Of a stretch of DNA of 64,000 nt, positions 1-7,736 are shown one piece after another. The position numbers and the translations under genes are program-made. Each line of letters opens with the position of its first letter. The stretch's first letter is position 1. The stretch comes from an uncultured Bacteroidales bacterium (GTDB lineage Bacteria > Bacteroidota > Bacteroidia > Bacteroidales > Paludibacteraceae), in contig ONEZ01000010.1 in NCBI GenBank assembly GCA_900316995.1, positions 3,712 to 67,711 on the forward strand, in the 5' to 3' direction. The notes beneath the pieces are model-generated. The model saw only the letters and a program-made list of their open reading frames with translations, ran no database searches and was not told where the DNA came from.

Positions 1-246
1 ACCAAGCTTTCGGGCAATGGAAGAACGAACTTGATCAACATTCAGTCGTATGCCCTCTATCTCCGAAGAATATACTACATCGTATGTCAGGTTCTCTGCC
101 ATAGCACGGAGTTTGCTGTCAAATCCCAATGAACTCAACCTGCCGTAAAGCAGGCCCTGTTTACGGAATACTTTCTCCTGAAGGAGTGACACTCGAGATG
201 TTTCCCAACGGAAGTCCGTCCAATTATCTCTTTCGTGTATATACAT
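1..246 (-). CDS. Fic/DOC family protein, N-terminal part only (gene runs off the left edge of the window)
   Basis: The reverse strand has an ATG at 246-244. Translation is MYIHERDNWTDFRWETSRVSLLQEKVFRKQGLLYGRLSSLGFDSKLRAMAENLTYDVVYSSEIEGIRLNVDQVRSSIARKLG. The SSEIEG...QVRSSIAR(K/R)LG pattern is typical of the DUF4172-type N-terminus of Fic proteins. It is absent from the ORF track because the window edge truncates it. Confidence 0.7.
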   Translation of the reverse strand, partial: MYIHERDNWTDFRWETSRVSLLQEKVFRKQGLLYGRLSSLGFDSKLRAMAENLTYDVVYSSEIEGIRLNVDQVRSSIARKLG

Positions 247-286
247 AATGCATTCGTACTTTGTGCGACATTACACAATGATTAAC

Positions 287-303
287 GTCGCAAATTCTGC
301 GAC
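287..303. promoter_or_regulatory. Operator-like palindrome GTCGCA-N5-TGCGAC (copy 1), abutting a reverse-strand TAnnTTTG box at 303-310
   Basis: The sequence gtcgcaaattctgcgac has perfect 6-bp arms. It lies directly downstream (in the Fic gene direction) of tatctttg, read on the minus strand at 310-303. That is a typical repressor position. Confidence 0.35.
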
Positions 304-348
304 AAAGATACGAATTTAATTCCGAATCAACAAATAAAGCTGCAAATT

Positions 349-365
349 GTCGCATACTATGCGAC
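349..365. promoter_or_regulatory. Operator-like palindrome GTCGCA-N5-TGCGAC (copy 2)
   Basis: The sequence gtcgcatactatgcgac has the same 6-bp arms and the same 5-nt spacer as copy 1, 62 bp away. An extra TGCGAC half-site lies at 264-269. Confidence 0.3.
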
Positions 366-462
366 GTTTTTAGTCAATAATCGTCGAAAGAGACTCATAA
401 GAGTATAAAAAGAGACCTGCCCAAACGGACAGGTCCCTTTACAAATTATGTTTAAGTGATAA

Positions 463-600
463 TTACTCTTTAACAGCGGCCTGGGCAGCGGCTACACGTG
501 CAATAGGCACACGGAACGGAGAGCATGATACATAGTTCAAACCAACTCTGTGGCAGAACTCTACTACGGCTGTAACCGAATGTCATCTGTGTAAGGTCGA
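463..600 (-). pseudogene. Remnant of the 3' end of a pyruvate,phosphate dikinase gene, with an internal ~174-bp deletion
   Basis: Positions 463-567 align with 3781-3892 (the last ~35 ppdK codons), and 568-600 is identical to 4067-4099. It translates to [33 protein letters not shown], identical to the intact PpdK C-terminus despite ~5 nucleotide changes. The downstream terminator and flank (350-462) is also duplicated from 3679-3780. Confidence 0.85.
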
Positions 601-848
601 TACTTGCCGTTAATCTCTGATGTTATCTTCAGTGCCTCCTGCGACAGCTGATGAAACATTTGATGGACATCGCCACCGCCGACAACACACTAGCATACGG
701 ACAGCGGCGAAGATTATTCCCATTAAGAATAAAATTCCGTCCTTTCCCTCATCACAACAATAATAAAGAACAGAATAAAAAAAAACAACGAGATTAAGAA
801 TCTTATTCCAAATATTCTAATAACTATAGATAGAATTGCCCATTTTCA

Positions 849-856
849 TAACTTTG
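849..856 (+). promoter_or_regulatory. Bacteroidetes-type -7 promoter box (TAACTTTG) for the LuxR-type regulator
   Basis: This is an exact TAnnTTTG match 22 nt upstream of the ATG at 878. Confidence 0.45.
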
Positions 857-877
857 CATGCAAAAAGTTACAGAAAA

Positions 878-1519
878 ATGGGTAATTTTATATTAGCAGA
901 CAATCAGGATCTCACACGCTTCGCGGTTGAACGAATAATCAGGGAAGACGAAAGGAATCAGGTCCGACGGGCACGCGACAAAACAGGGTTGCTACAGTTA
1001 CTGCAGGAGAATGAGAACTCGACAGTAGTGCTCGACTACACATTGTTCAACTTTGCAGACGAGTACCAGCTGCTGGTGATCAGCGAACGTTATGCCATGA
1101 CGAACTGGTTGCTGATCTCCGACGAGCTGACGGAGAAATTCCTCCGCAGAATCATTTACTCCTCACATGCCTTCAGCATCGTCTTCAAGGACAGCCCGAT
1201 ACAGCATATCCGGGAGGCATTGAGCTCCGCATGCCAAGGCCAGCGGTACATCAGCCAGCGGGCGATGGAGATGCTGCTGGAAAGCAGGCGGGAGGAAGAG
1301 GAGACTGAGGTTCTAACTGCAACAGAGATGGCCATCGTTAAGCTGATCGCACAAGGAAAGACAACGAAGGAAATCGCCACAGAGCGGTTTTCTAGTATCC
1401 ATACCATCACAACCCACCGGAAGAAAATCTTCAGGAAACTGAACGTGAACACGGCACACGAGGTAATCAAATATGCGCTTCGAGCCGGATGGGTGGACCC
1501 CTCGAAATTTTATATTTAA
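878..1519 (+). CDS. LuxR/FixJ-family transcriptional regulator (receiver-like N-domain + C-terminal LuxR HTH)
   Basis: The C-terminus LTATEMAIVKLIAQGKTTKEIATERFSSIHTITTHRKKIFRKLNV is a classic LuxR-type HTH. The N-terminal ~120 aa are receiver-like (VVLDY, FKD). I chose the ATG at 878 over the track start at 836 because the promoter box lies at 849-856. Confidence 0.8.
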   Translation: MGNFILADNQDLTRFAVERIIREDERNQVRRARDKTGLLQLLQENENSTVVLDYTLFNFADEYQLLVISERYAMTNWLLISDELTEKFLRRIIYSSHAFSIVFKDSPIQHIREALSSACQGQRYISQRAMEMLLESRREEEETEVLTATEMAIVKLIAQGKTTKEIATERFSSIHTITTHRKKIFRKLNVNTAHEVIKYALRAGWVDPSKFYI

Positions 1520-1550
1520 AAGTAAAGTGAAAAGAAAAAGGCAGGTCCGC

Positions 1551-1897
1551 TTATGCGAGGGCCTGCCTGATGTCATTCAGGATATCCTCCGGGTTTTCCA
1601 GCCCCAGACTGATACGAACCGTCGTGTCATGTACACCCATGTCTTCCCTTTGCTCATCGTTGAACAAGCCGAAGATGGTGAAAGCCATCTTCTTACCTAC
1701 TTTCTTTGTTTTGGACGACAGCACCGGATTGGGTGAAAGACAGAGAAGGGTACGATGGTGGTGTCGGCCATCAGTGCAGTGGCGATGGCTGCCATTCCGG
1801 TGTTGAGTGCCGTCGGAGCCATGGAACGTCCGCAGAAAGCGTCACTCATCGCATTGGCAGACTGAAACTCGAATGCCGCCGTGAGATAGACGGGCAT
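1551..1897 (-). pseudogene. Decayed Cys/Met-metabolism PLP-dependent enzyme gene (MetY/MetC-like), reduced to ~115 codons with a frameshift
   Basis: The N-terminal piece MPVYLTAAFEFQSANAMSDAF... and, in another frame, the C-terminal piece ...GVHDTTVRISLGLENPEDILNDIRQALA* resemble the two ends of O-acetylhomoserine sulfhydrylase or cystathionine lyase enzymes (~400 aa). The middle is missing. A TAACTTTG box lies on the minus strand at 1969-1962. Confidence 0.6.
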
Positions 1898-2050
1898 GGA
1901 GAGTGAGCCGTAGGCGTCTGACTTCTGATATTTCGTAGTCAGGATTTTTGCTTTTAGTAATATGTTGCAAAGTTAGGGCGGTTTCGTGAATTACGAAATC
2001 GCCCTGTTATGGCATTTTTTTTGTACCACAAATATGGTAATGGACGTTTA

Positions 2051-3235
2051 TTAGGACAAATCGTGGTCCGTCATGGCACATACACAGGAATCAGACCACA
2101 CATTTTCTGCCGTTTCTATCATGTCGATTACGGTGTAGATGGGAAGTATCAGCCCAAGAATTTCCACTGGAGCACCTATTCCAGACATCAAAGAGAATGT
2201 GAGGAAAAAACATCCCATCGGTACTCCAGCATTGCCAACAGCCGCAATGACCGAAATCAAAATCCACAACATGACAGTTGACACAGTCAGAGAAACTCCT
2301 CCGTTCTGCATCACGAAGAGAGACGTGACAAGGATAAAGGAGGCACAGCCGTTCATGTTGATGGTGGTGCAGATGGGCAGGATAAATCTCGCCACATCCT
2401 TCCGTACCCCAAGGCGATGCTCAGCAGACTCCATCGTGACGGGCAAAGTGGCAGCACTGCTTTTCGTGAAAAGTGCCATCAATACCGCAGGGCTCATTTT
2501 TGTAAACACTTGGACGGGATTGAGATGCCTCGCCAAAAGGAACAAAGGCAGCACGATTAAAAACTGGATGGCATTTCCCCCTAGTACCACAAGCACGTAT
2601 TTGCCTATGGAATCTACCATGATTCCCGCCCCCACCTGTGCCGTCAGTTGTGCTGCAAATGCCACGACGCCGAGCGGAAGAGTCCAAATCAGACCACGGA
2701 TGAGGAGAAACAGCAAGTCTTGCAATCCATTCAGTCCTTTGATTACAACCTGCTTGTTCTCAGAATCGGGAAGTTTGGACAAACCAATGCCTATGGCAAA
2801 TGACATAATCAGCAAGGCCAGTACATTTCCTTCAAGAAACGGTTTGATGAGGTTGTCTGGAATGGTGTTGAGAATATGATCATAATAGGTGGTTGACTGA
2901 GGATCCTGCATTGTCTCCGAAGCAACAATCTCCTCAGGCAGGTTGCCTGGCGACACCAGCCAAAAGAGGACAGCGCCGGTCACTGCCGCACAGACTGTTG
3001 TCAGCAGCGTATAGCCGAGCGCATGGCGGAACACCTTTCCTGTTTGTCTTCCAGTACCCATACGGGTCATCGTCGTGATTACTGCCAGCACAATCATGGG
3101 AACAGCCAGCAATCGGAACAATCGTGTATATACTGTTGCCACGAAATCCACGGCAACATCTACTGCATGGATTTGCAGCAATCCCAGGACTGCACCAGTC
3201 AGCAGTGCACCAATCCATATTGTAATCTGTTTCAT
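2051..3235 (-). CDS. Dicarboxylate/amino acid:cation symporter (DAACS, GltP/SstT-like)
   Basis: This is a 394-aa polytopic membrane protein. Motifs such as SSAATLPVTM and NMNG plus the overall hydrophobic pattern are typical of the sodium:dicarboxylate symporter family. Confidence 0.8.
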   Translation of the reverse strand: MKQITIWIGALLTGAVLGLLQIHAVDVAVDFVATVYTRLFRLLAVPMIVLAVITTMTRMGTGRQTGKVFRHALGYTLLTTVCAAVTGAVLFWLVSPGNLPEEIVASETMQDPQSTTYYDHILNTIPDNLIKPFLEGNVLALLIMSFAIGIGLSKLPDSENKQVVIKGLNGLQDLLFLLIRGLIWTLPLGVVAFAAQLTAQVGAGIMVDSIGKYVLVVLGGNAIQFLIVLPLFLLARHLNPVQVFTKMSPAVLMALFTKSSAATLPVTMESAEHRLGVRKDVARFILPICTTINMNGCASFILVTSLFVMQNGGVSLTVSTVMLWILISVIAAVGNAGVPMGCFFLTFSLMSGIGAPVEILGLILPIYTVIDMIETAENVWSDSCVCAMTDHDLS

Positions 3236-3536
3236 ATCTATAAATCAAACGTAAGGTTCACATAAATATTTCGTCCTTTCTGCGGAATATGGTTCCAGTC
3301 AGCATAGGTGGAATAACGGTTTTGATTTCGAGTGCAAAGTTACGGCGAAATATCGGATGTCGCAATCGCACTGGTGTGGCATTCTGCATACCAAACAAAT
3401 GGGAGGGATCCCACCGGCTGGGTCCCTCCCTTCTTCGTGCTTGACGCACAAAAAACCTTCAACATCCCAATAAGAAAATAATCTGGCACCAAACAGTAAG
3501 TCCACACGGGATGAGTGCAAGTCAGTCTTGACGCGC

Positions 3537-3564
3537 AGAGCCTTGCGGAGCTCCGCAAGGCTCT
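3537..3564. repeat. Perfect 28-bp palindrome (14-bp arms, no spacer)
   Basis: The sequence agagccttgcggag|ctccgcaaggctct lies in a non-coding stretch between the symporter gene and ppdK. Confidence 0.9.
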
Positions 3565-3723
3565 ATGATGGGGATACGTATCTTGACAGATTGTAGTGAC
3601 AATAAAATTAGAGATAGTGTAAACCTATTTTAGTTGAACGAAATATAGTGAAGGTCACACTAAAGAAACACAATGATGCATATTCTGCGATGTTTTTAGA
3701 CGATAATCGTTGAATGAACATCA

Positions 3724-3757
3724 TAAAAAGAGACCTGCCCAATCGGACAGGTCCCTT
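3724..3757 (-). terminator. Rho-independent terminator of ppdK
   Basis: A GACCTG...CAGGTC stem is followed on the minus strand by a T-run, 24 nt after the ppdK stop. The same structure is duplicated at ~410-440 next to the ppdK remnant. Confidence 0.7.
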
Positions 3758-3780
3758 TACAAATTATGTTTGAGTGATAA

Positions 3781-6504
3781 TTACTCTTTAACAGCTGCCT
3801 GCGCGGCGGCTACACGTGCAATAGGCACACGGAATGGAGAGCATGATACGTAGTTCAAACCAACTCTGTGGCAGAACTCTACTGATGAAGGCTCACCACC
3901 GTGCTCACCGCAGATACCGCACTTGAGGTCTGGGCGAACCTTGCGTCCCTTCTCTGTAGCCATCTGAACAAGCTGACCAACACCGTTCTGGTCAAGAACC
4001 TGGAATGGGTCATTCTTCAGAATCTTCATATCAAGATATGCTGGAAGGAATGAAGCAATATCATCACGGCTGTAACCGAATGTCATCTGTGTAAGGTCAT
4101 TTGTACCAAATGAGAAGAACTCAGCCTTGGTGGCAATGCGGTCAGCTGTAAGAGCTGCACGAGGTATCTCAATCATGGTACCAACCTTGAAATCTATGCG
4201 GTCACCAACCTCTTCAAATAATTTCTCAGCCTCAGCACGGATTATTCTCTCCTGATTGGCAAACTCATAAAGAATACCAGTAAGAGGAACCATAATCTCA
4301 GGGTGAGTCTCTACGCCCTCTTTCTTAAGCTGTAGAGCTGCGCCAAGGATGGCACGAGTCTGCATTTGTGTAATCTCTGGATATGTGTTACCAAGACGAC
4401 ATCCACGGTGACCAAGCATTGGGTTAGCCTCATGCAGTGAATCAACACGCTGGCGGATATAATCGTATGACACACCCATAATCTCAGCAAGCTCACGCTG
4501 CTCTTTCTCTTCATGAGGAACAAACTCATGTAGAGGTGGGTCAAGCAGACGAACTGTTACAGGGCAGCCTTCCATAGCCTTGAATATGCCATAGAAGTCA
4601 TTCTGCTGGTAAGGAAGAATCTTAGCCAAAGCACGCTTGCGGCCCTCAAGAGTCTCAGCAAGAATCATCTCACGCATAGCGCGAATCTTGTCGCCCTCAA
4701 AGAACATGTGCTCTGTACGGCAAAGGCCTATACCTACAGCACCAAACTTACGTGCAACCTCAGCATCGTGAGGAGTATCTGCATTAGTTCTTACGCGCAG
4801 GCGTGTGTATTTGTCACAAAGTTCCATAAGTGCGTTGAAGTCATCAGAAAGTTCTGCATCCTTAGTTGCAACTGCACCTACATAAACATCACCGGTAGAA
4901 CCGTTAAGTGAAATGAAATCACCCTCTTTAAGAGTAACGTCACCTACTGAAACTGTCTTTTTCTCATAACTGATTACAAGAGCACCTGCACCAGATACAC
5001 AGCACTTACCCATACCACGGGCAACTACGGCTGCGTGTGATGTCATACCGCCACGGGCTGTAAGAATACCCTCTGCGGCTGCCATACCTGCAAGGTCCTC
5101 TGGAGAGGTCTCAATACGTACCATAACCACTCTCTCACCCTTGCTTGCCCAAACTGCTGCATCCTCTGCGCTGAACACAACCTTACCACAAGCCGCACCT
5201 GGAGATGCTGCAAGACCCTTAGTGAACACCTTGGCTGACTTAAGGGCTGCTTTATCAAATACAGGGTGTAGAAGTTCATCAAGCTTGTTAGGCTCAATGC
5301 GGAGAAGAGCTGTCTTCTCATCAATAAGACCCTCACGTACAAGATCCATGGCAATCTTAACCATAGCGGCACCTGTACGCTTACCGTTACGTGTCTGCAG
5401 GAACCAGAGTTTACCCTCTTGTACGGTGAACTCCATATCCTGCATATCACGGTAGTGATCCTCAAGTTTATTCTGGATAGCGTCAAGTTCTTTGTAGATA
5501 GCAGGCATAGCCTCCTCCATTGATGGATATTTGCTTGCGCGCTCCTCCTCGCTAATACCTTGGAGTTTAGCCCAACGGCGGCTGCCCTCAAGTGTGATTT
5601 GCTGTGGTGTGCGGATACCTGCCACAACGTCCTCACCCTGTGCGTTTACAAGATACTCACCATTGAAGAGGTTCTCACCTGTGGCGGCGTTACGGCTGAA
5701 TGCCACACCTGTTGCAGATGTATCACCCATGTTACCAAATACCATTGCCATAACAGATACTGCTGTACCCCACTCATCAGGAATACCCTCCATCTTTCTA
5801 TAAAGTATGGCACGCTCGTTCATCCAGCTGCGGAACACAGCACAGATGGCACCCCAAAGCTGCTCAATTGGATCCTCTGGGAAATCTTTGCCTGTATTCT
5901 TCTTAATGGCTGCCTTGAAGAGCTTAACCAAATTCTTAAGAGACTCTACTGAAAGGTCTTTGTCAAGTACTACGCCTTGCTCACTCTTAACCTGCTCAAT
6001 AATGGCCTCAAACGGGTCAATATCGGTCTTCTTTTCAGGTTTCATGCCAAGCACAACATCGCCGTACATCTGAACAAAACGACGATATGAGTCATATACA
6101 AAGTGAGGATTGTTGGTTTTCTTAACCATACCCTCAGCAACTTTATCATTGAGACCAAGGTTAAGGATTGTATCCATCATACCCGGCATAGATGCGCGGG
6201 CGCCTGAACGTACTGATACAAGAAGAGGGTTTGCTTCATCGCCGAACTTGCTGTTCATCAGGCCCTCAATATGCTTTACTGCGGCAAGAACGTCTGCCTC
6301 AAGCACTTTAACTATCTGCTCCTGACCAACCTGATAGTACTCGTTACAAACATCTGTTGTGATTGTGAAGCCTGGAGGAACAGGAATTCCTATCAGGTTC
6401 ATCTCTGCAAGGTTGGCACCCTTACCGCCAAGCTGCTCACGCATCTTAGCGTTACCTTCGGCTTTTCCATTACCAAAGGTGTAAACACGTTTTTTAGAAT
6501 CCAT
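3781..6504 (-). CDS. ppdK: Pyruvate, phosphate dikinase
   Basis: This 907-aa ORF has the PEP-utilizer signatures GGMTSHAAVVARGMG (phosphohistidine) and a C-terminal TIM-barrel region (CGEHGGEP). It is full length. Confidence 0.97.
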   Translation of the reverse strand: MDSKKRVYTFGNGKAEGNAKMREQLGGKGANLAEMNLIGIPVPPGFTITTDVCNEYYQVGQEQIVKVLEADVLAAVKHIEGLMNSKFGDEANPLLVSVRSGARASMPGMMDTILNLGLNDKVAEGMVKKTNNPHFVYDSYRRFVQMYGDVVLGMKPEKKTDIDPFEAIIEQVKSEQGVVLDKDLSVESLKNLVKLFKAAIKKNTGKDFPEDPIEQLWGAICAVFRSWMNERAILYRKMEGIPDEWGTAVSVMAMVFGNMGDTSATGVAFSRNAATGENLFNGEYLVNAQGEDVVAGIRTPQQITLEGSRRWAKLQGISEEERASKYPSMEEAMPAIYKELDAIQNKLEDHYRDMQDMEFTVQEGKLWFLQTRNGKRTGAAMVKIAMDLVREGLIDEKTALLRIEPNKLDELLHPVFDKAALKSAKVFTKGLAASPGAACGKVVFSAEDAAVWASKGERVVMVRIETSPEDLAGMAAAEGILTARGGMTSHAAVVARGMGKCCVSGAGALVISYEKKTVSVGDVTLKEGDFISLNGSTGDVYVGAVATKDAELSDDFNALMELCDKYTRLRVRTNADTPHDAEVARKFGAVGIGLCRTEHMFFEGDKIRAMREMILAETLEGRKRALAKILPYQQNDFYGIFKAMEGCPVTVRLLDPPLHEFVPHEEKEQRELAEIMGVSYDYIRQRVDSLHEANPMLGHRGCRLGNTYPEITQMQTRAILGAALQLKKEGVETHPEIMVPLTGILYEFANQERIIRAEAEKLFEEVGDRIDFKVGTMIEIPRAALTADRIATKAEFFSFGTNDLTQMTFGYSRDDIASFLPAYLDMKILKNDPFQVLDQNGVGQLVQMATEKGRKVRPDLKCGICGEHGGEPSSVEFCHRVGLNYVSCSPFRVPIARVAAAQAAVKE

Positions 6505-6621
6505 AAAAAATCTATAATTAGGTTATAAAAATTTCGCTTTAACAATAGGGGGCAAAATTAATAAAAAAAGGTGAAAGTTAAAAGTTGAAAGTTGAAAATT
6601 ATAACTGTCAACTATTAACTG

Positions 6622-7299
6622 TCAACTATTCTGGTACATTCTCTCTCCAAATATTCCGCTCCCTACTCTAATCAGAGTGGCGCCACATTTAATTGCAATA
6701 GGATAGTCATGGGTCATGCCCATTGAAATTTCTGAAAAAGAATCTTTGTCAGAGAAGAATTCTGACTTGAGTTTTTGAAATATATTCTTAACATTTGAGA
6801 ACTCACGCTCTATCTGCGCCTCATCATCACTTATTGACGCCATACCCATTACACCTATTATAGATACATGCGCCAAACTCTTAAACTCGTCACTTCTCAA
6901 CATTTGCACGCACTCATCCAGTGTGAAGCCAAACTTGGTCTCCTCAGCCGCCACATGGAACTGCAGCAGGCAGTTCACCACCCTGCCGCACTTAGCAGCC
7001 TGCTTGTCAATCTCCTTTAGCAGTTTTAGTGAATCAACTGACTCTATACAAGCCACATACGGCACAATGTATTTTACCTTATTGGTTTGCAAATGACCTA
7101 TGAAGTGCCATTTTATATCCTTAGGCAAGGCCTGGGCTTTTGGCACAAGTTCCTGAGCATGGCTCTCTCCAAACAGCCTCTGACCCACACTGTACGCCTC
7201 TTCAATGCTCTCCACGGGATTGAATTTTGATACAGCCACCAGCCTCACTCCCTCTGGCAGCGATGCTTTGATTCTCTTAATATTTTCAGATATACTCAT
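6622..7299 (-). CDS. yggS: YggS-family pyridoxal-phosphate homeostasis protein
   Basis: LVAVSKF(lysine)...HFIGHLQTNKVKY...IRVGSGIFG is typical of YggS/PROSC. I used the ATG at 7299 (MSISENIK) instead of the track's TTG at 7320. Confidence 0.88.
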   Translation of the reverse strand: MSISENIKRIKASLPEGVRLVAVSKFNPVESIEEAYSVGQRLFGESHAQELVPKAQALPKDIKWHFIGHLQTNKVKYIVPYVACIESVDSLKLLKEIDKQAAKCGRVVNCLLQFHVAAEETKFGFTLDECVQMLRSDEFKSLAHVSIIGVMGMASISDDEAQIEREFSNVKNIFQKLKSEFFSDKDSFSEISMGMTHDYPIAIKCGATLIRVGSGIFGERMYQNS

Positions 7300-7316
7300 A
7301 CTAATCCTAATAATTT

Positions 7317-7420
7317 TCAACTTTACGTCAAGGCTTCGCCTTTCCGTGCAATTTGGCTACGCTCGGCATAACTGAAACAAGTTTCACTTCTGCTCTCGCT
7401 TGCAGCGTAATTCAACTGTC
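7317..7420. repeat. Interspersed ~105-bp intergenic repeat, copy A
   Basis: It is ~88% identical by eye to 57211-57313. The shared core is tcaactttacgtcaaggcttcgcctttccgtg...gctcggcata(a/t)(c/t)tgaaacaagtttca...ctgctctcgcttgc(a/g)gcgtaattcaactgt, including the palindrome TGAAAC-AA-GTTTCA. Confidence 0.85.
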
Positions 7421-7439
7421 AACTCTCAACTGTCAACTC

Positions 7440-7736
7440 TCAACTGATTATAACGTCTTTAATTATCATCTTGTCAGCCGATACTGCGCCATTCAATTTG
7501 TCACGGAGTGCAGTGCGCTGCATATTAAGCTCCCCACGCAGTATGCTATTGCTTACTCTGAGATGAAGCACGCCATCCCGTATATATGAACTTGTAACAT
7601 ATTTATGTATAAACTGACCTAATACAGTGGGAACCGCATCAAGAACACGCTGCTCATCCATTTTACCACTAAGCCCCATCTCTGCAAAATAGGTTTCAAG
7701 GATCTTTCCTATTGGTGTTACGCTTACTCTTCTCAT
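7440..7736 (-). CDS. DUF721 (DciA-like) domain protein
   Basis: This 98-aa ORF overlaps the recF stop by 4 nt. The recF-DUF721 pairing and the motif GVL.L.V.ns....EL......L...LN are typical. Confidence 0.7.
   Translation of the reverse strand: MRRVSVTPIGKILETYFAEMGLSGKMDEQRVLDAVPTVLGQFIHKYVTSSYIRDGVLHLRVSNSILRGELNMQRTALRDKLNGAVSADKMIIKDVIIS

Noticed and set aside
836-877. The longer N-terminus of the LuxR-type regulator from the track start at 836; the same applies to track starts at 7320, 8945, 14020, 18294, 21800, 24972, 27003, 42206, 57632 and 63976.
   Set aside because: In several of these the extension contains the gene's own TAnnTTTG box (836, 14020, 21800). Where I checked the codon it is a TTG (7320, 14020, 24972, 57632). 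The extensions precede a well-placed ATG that gives a canonical N-terminus or signal peptide.
4311-6528. Multiple 60-200-aa ORFs on both strands inside ppdK; the same was seen inside thrS, rny, the RND pump and the giant genes.
   Set aside because: These are shadow ORFs inside long, strongly supported genes. They have skewed, low-complexity composition and no promoter boxes.
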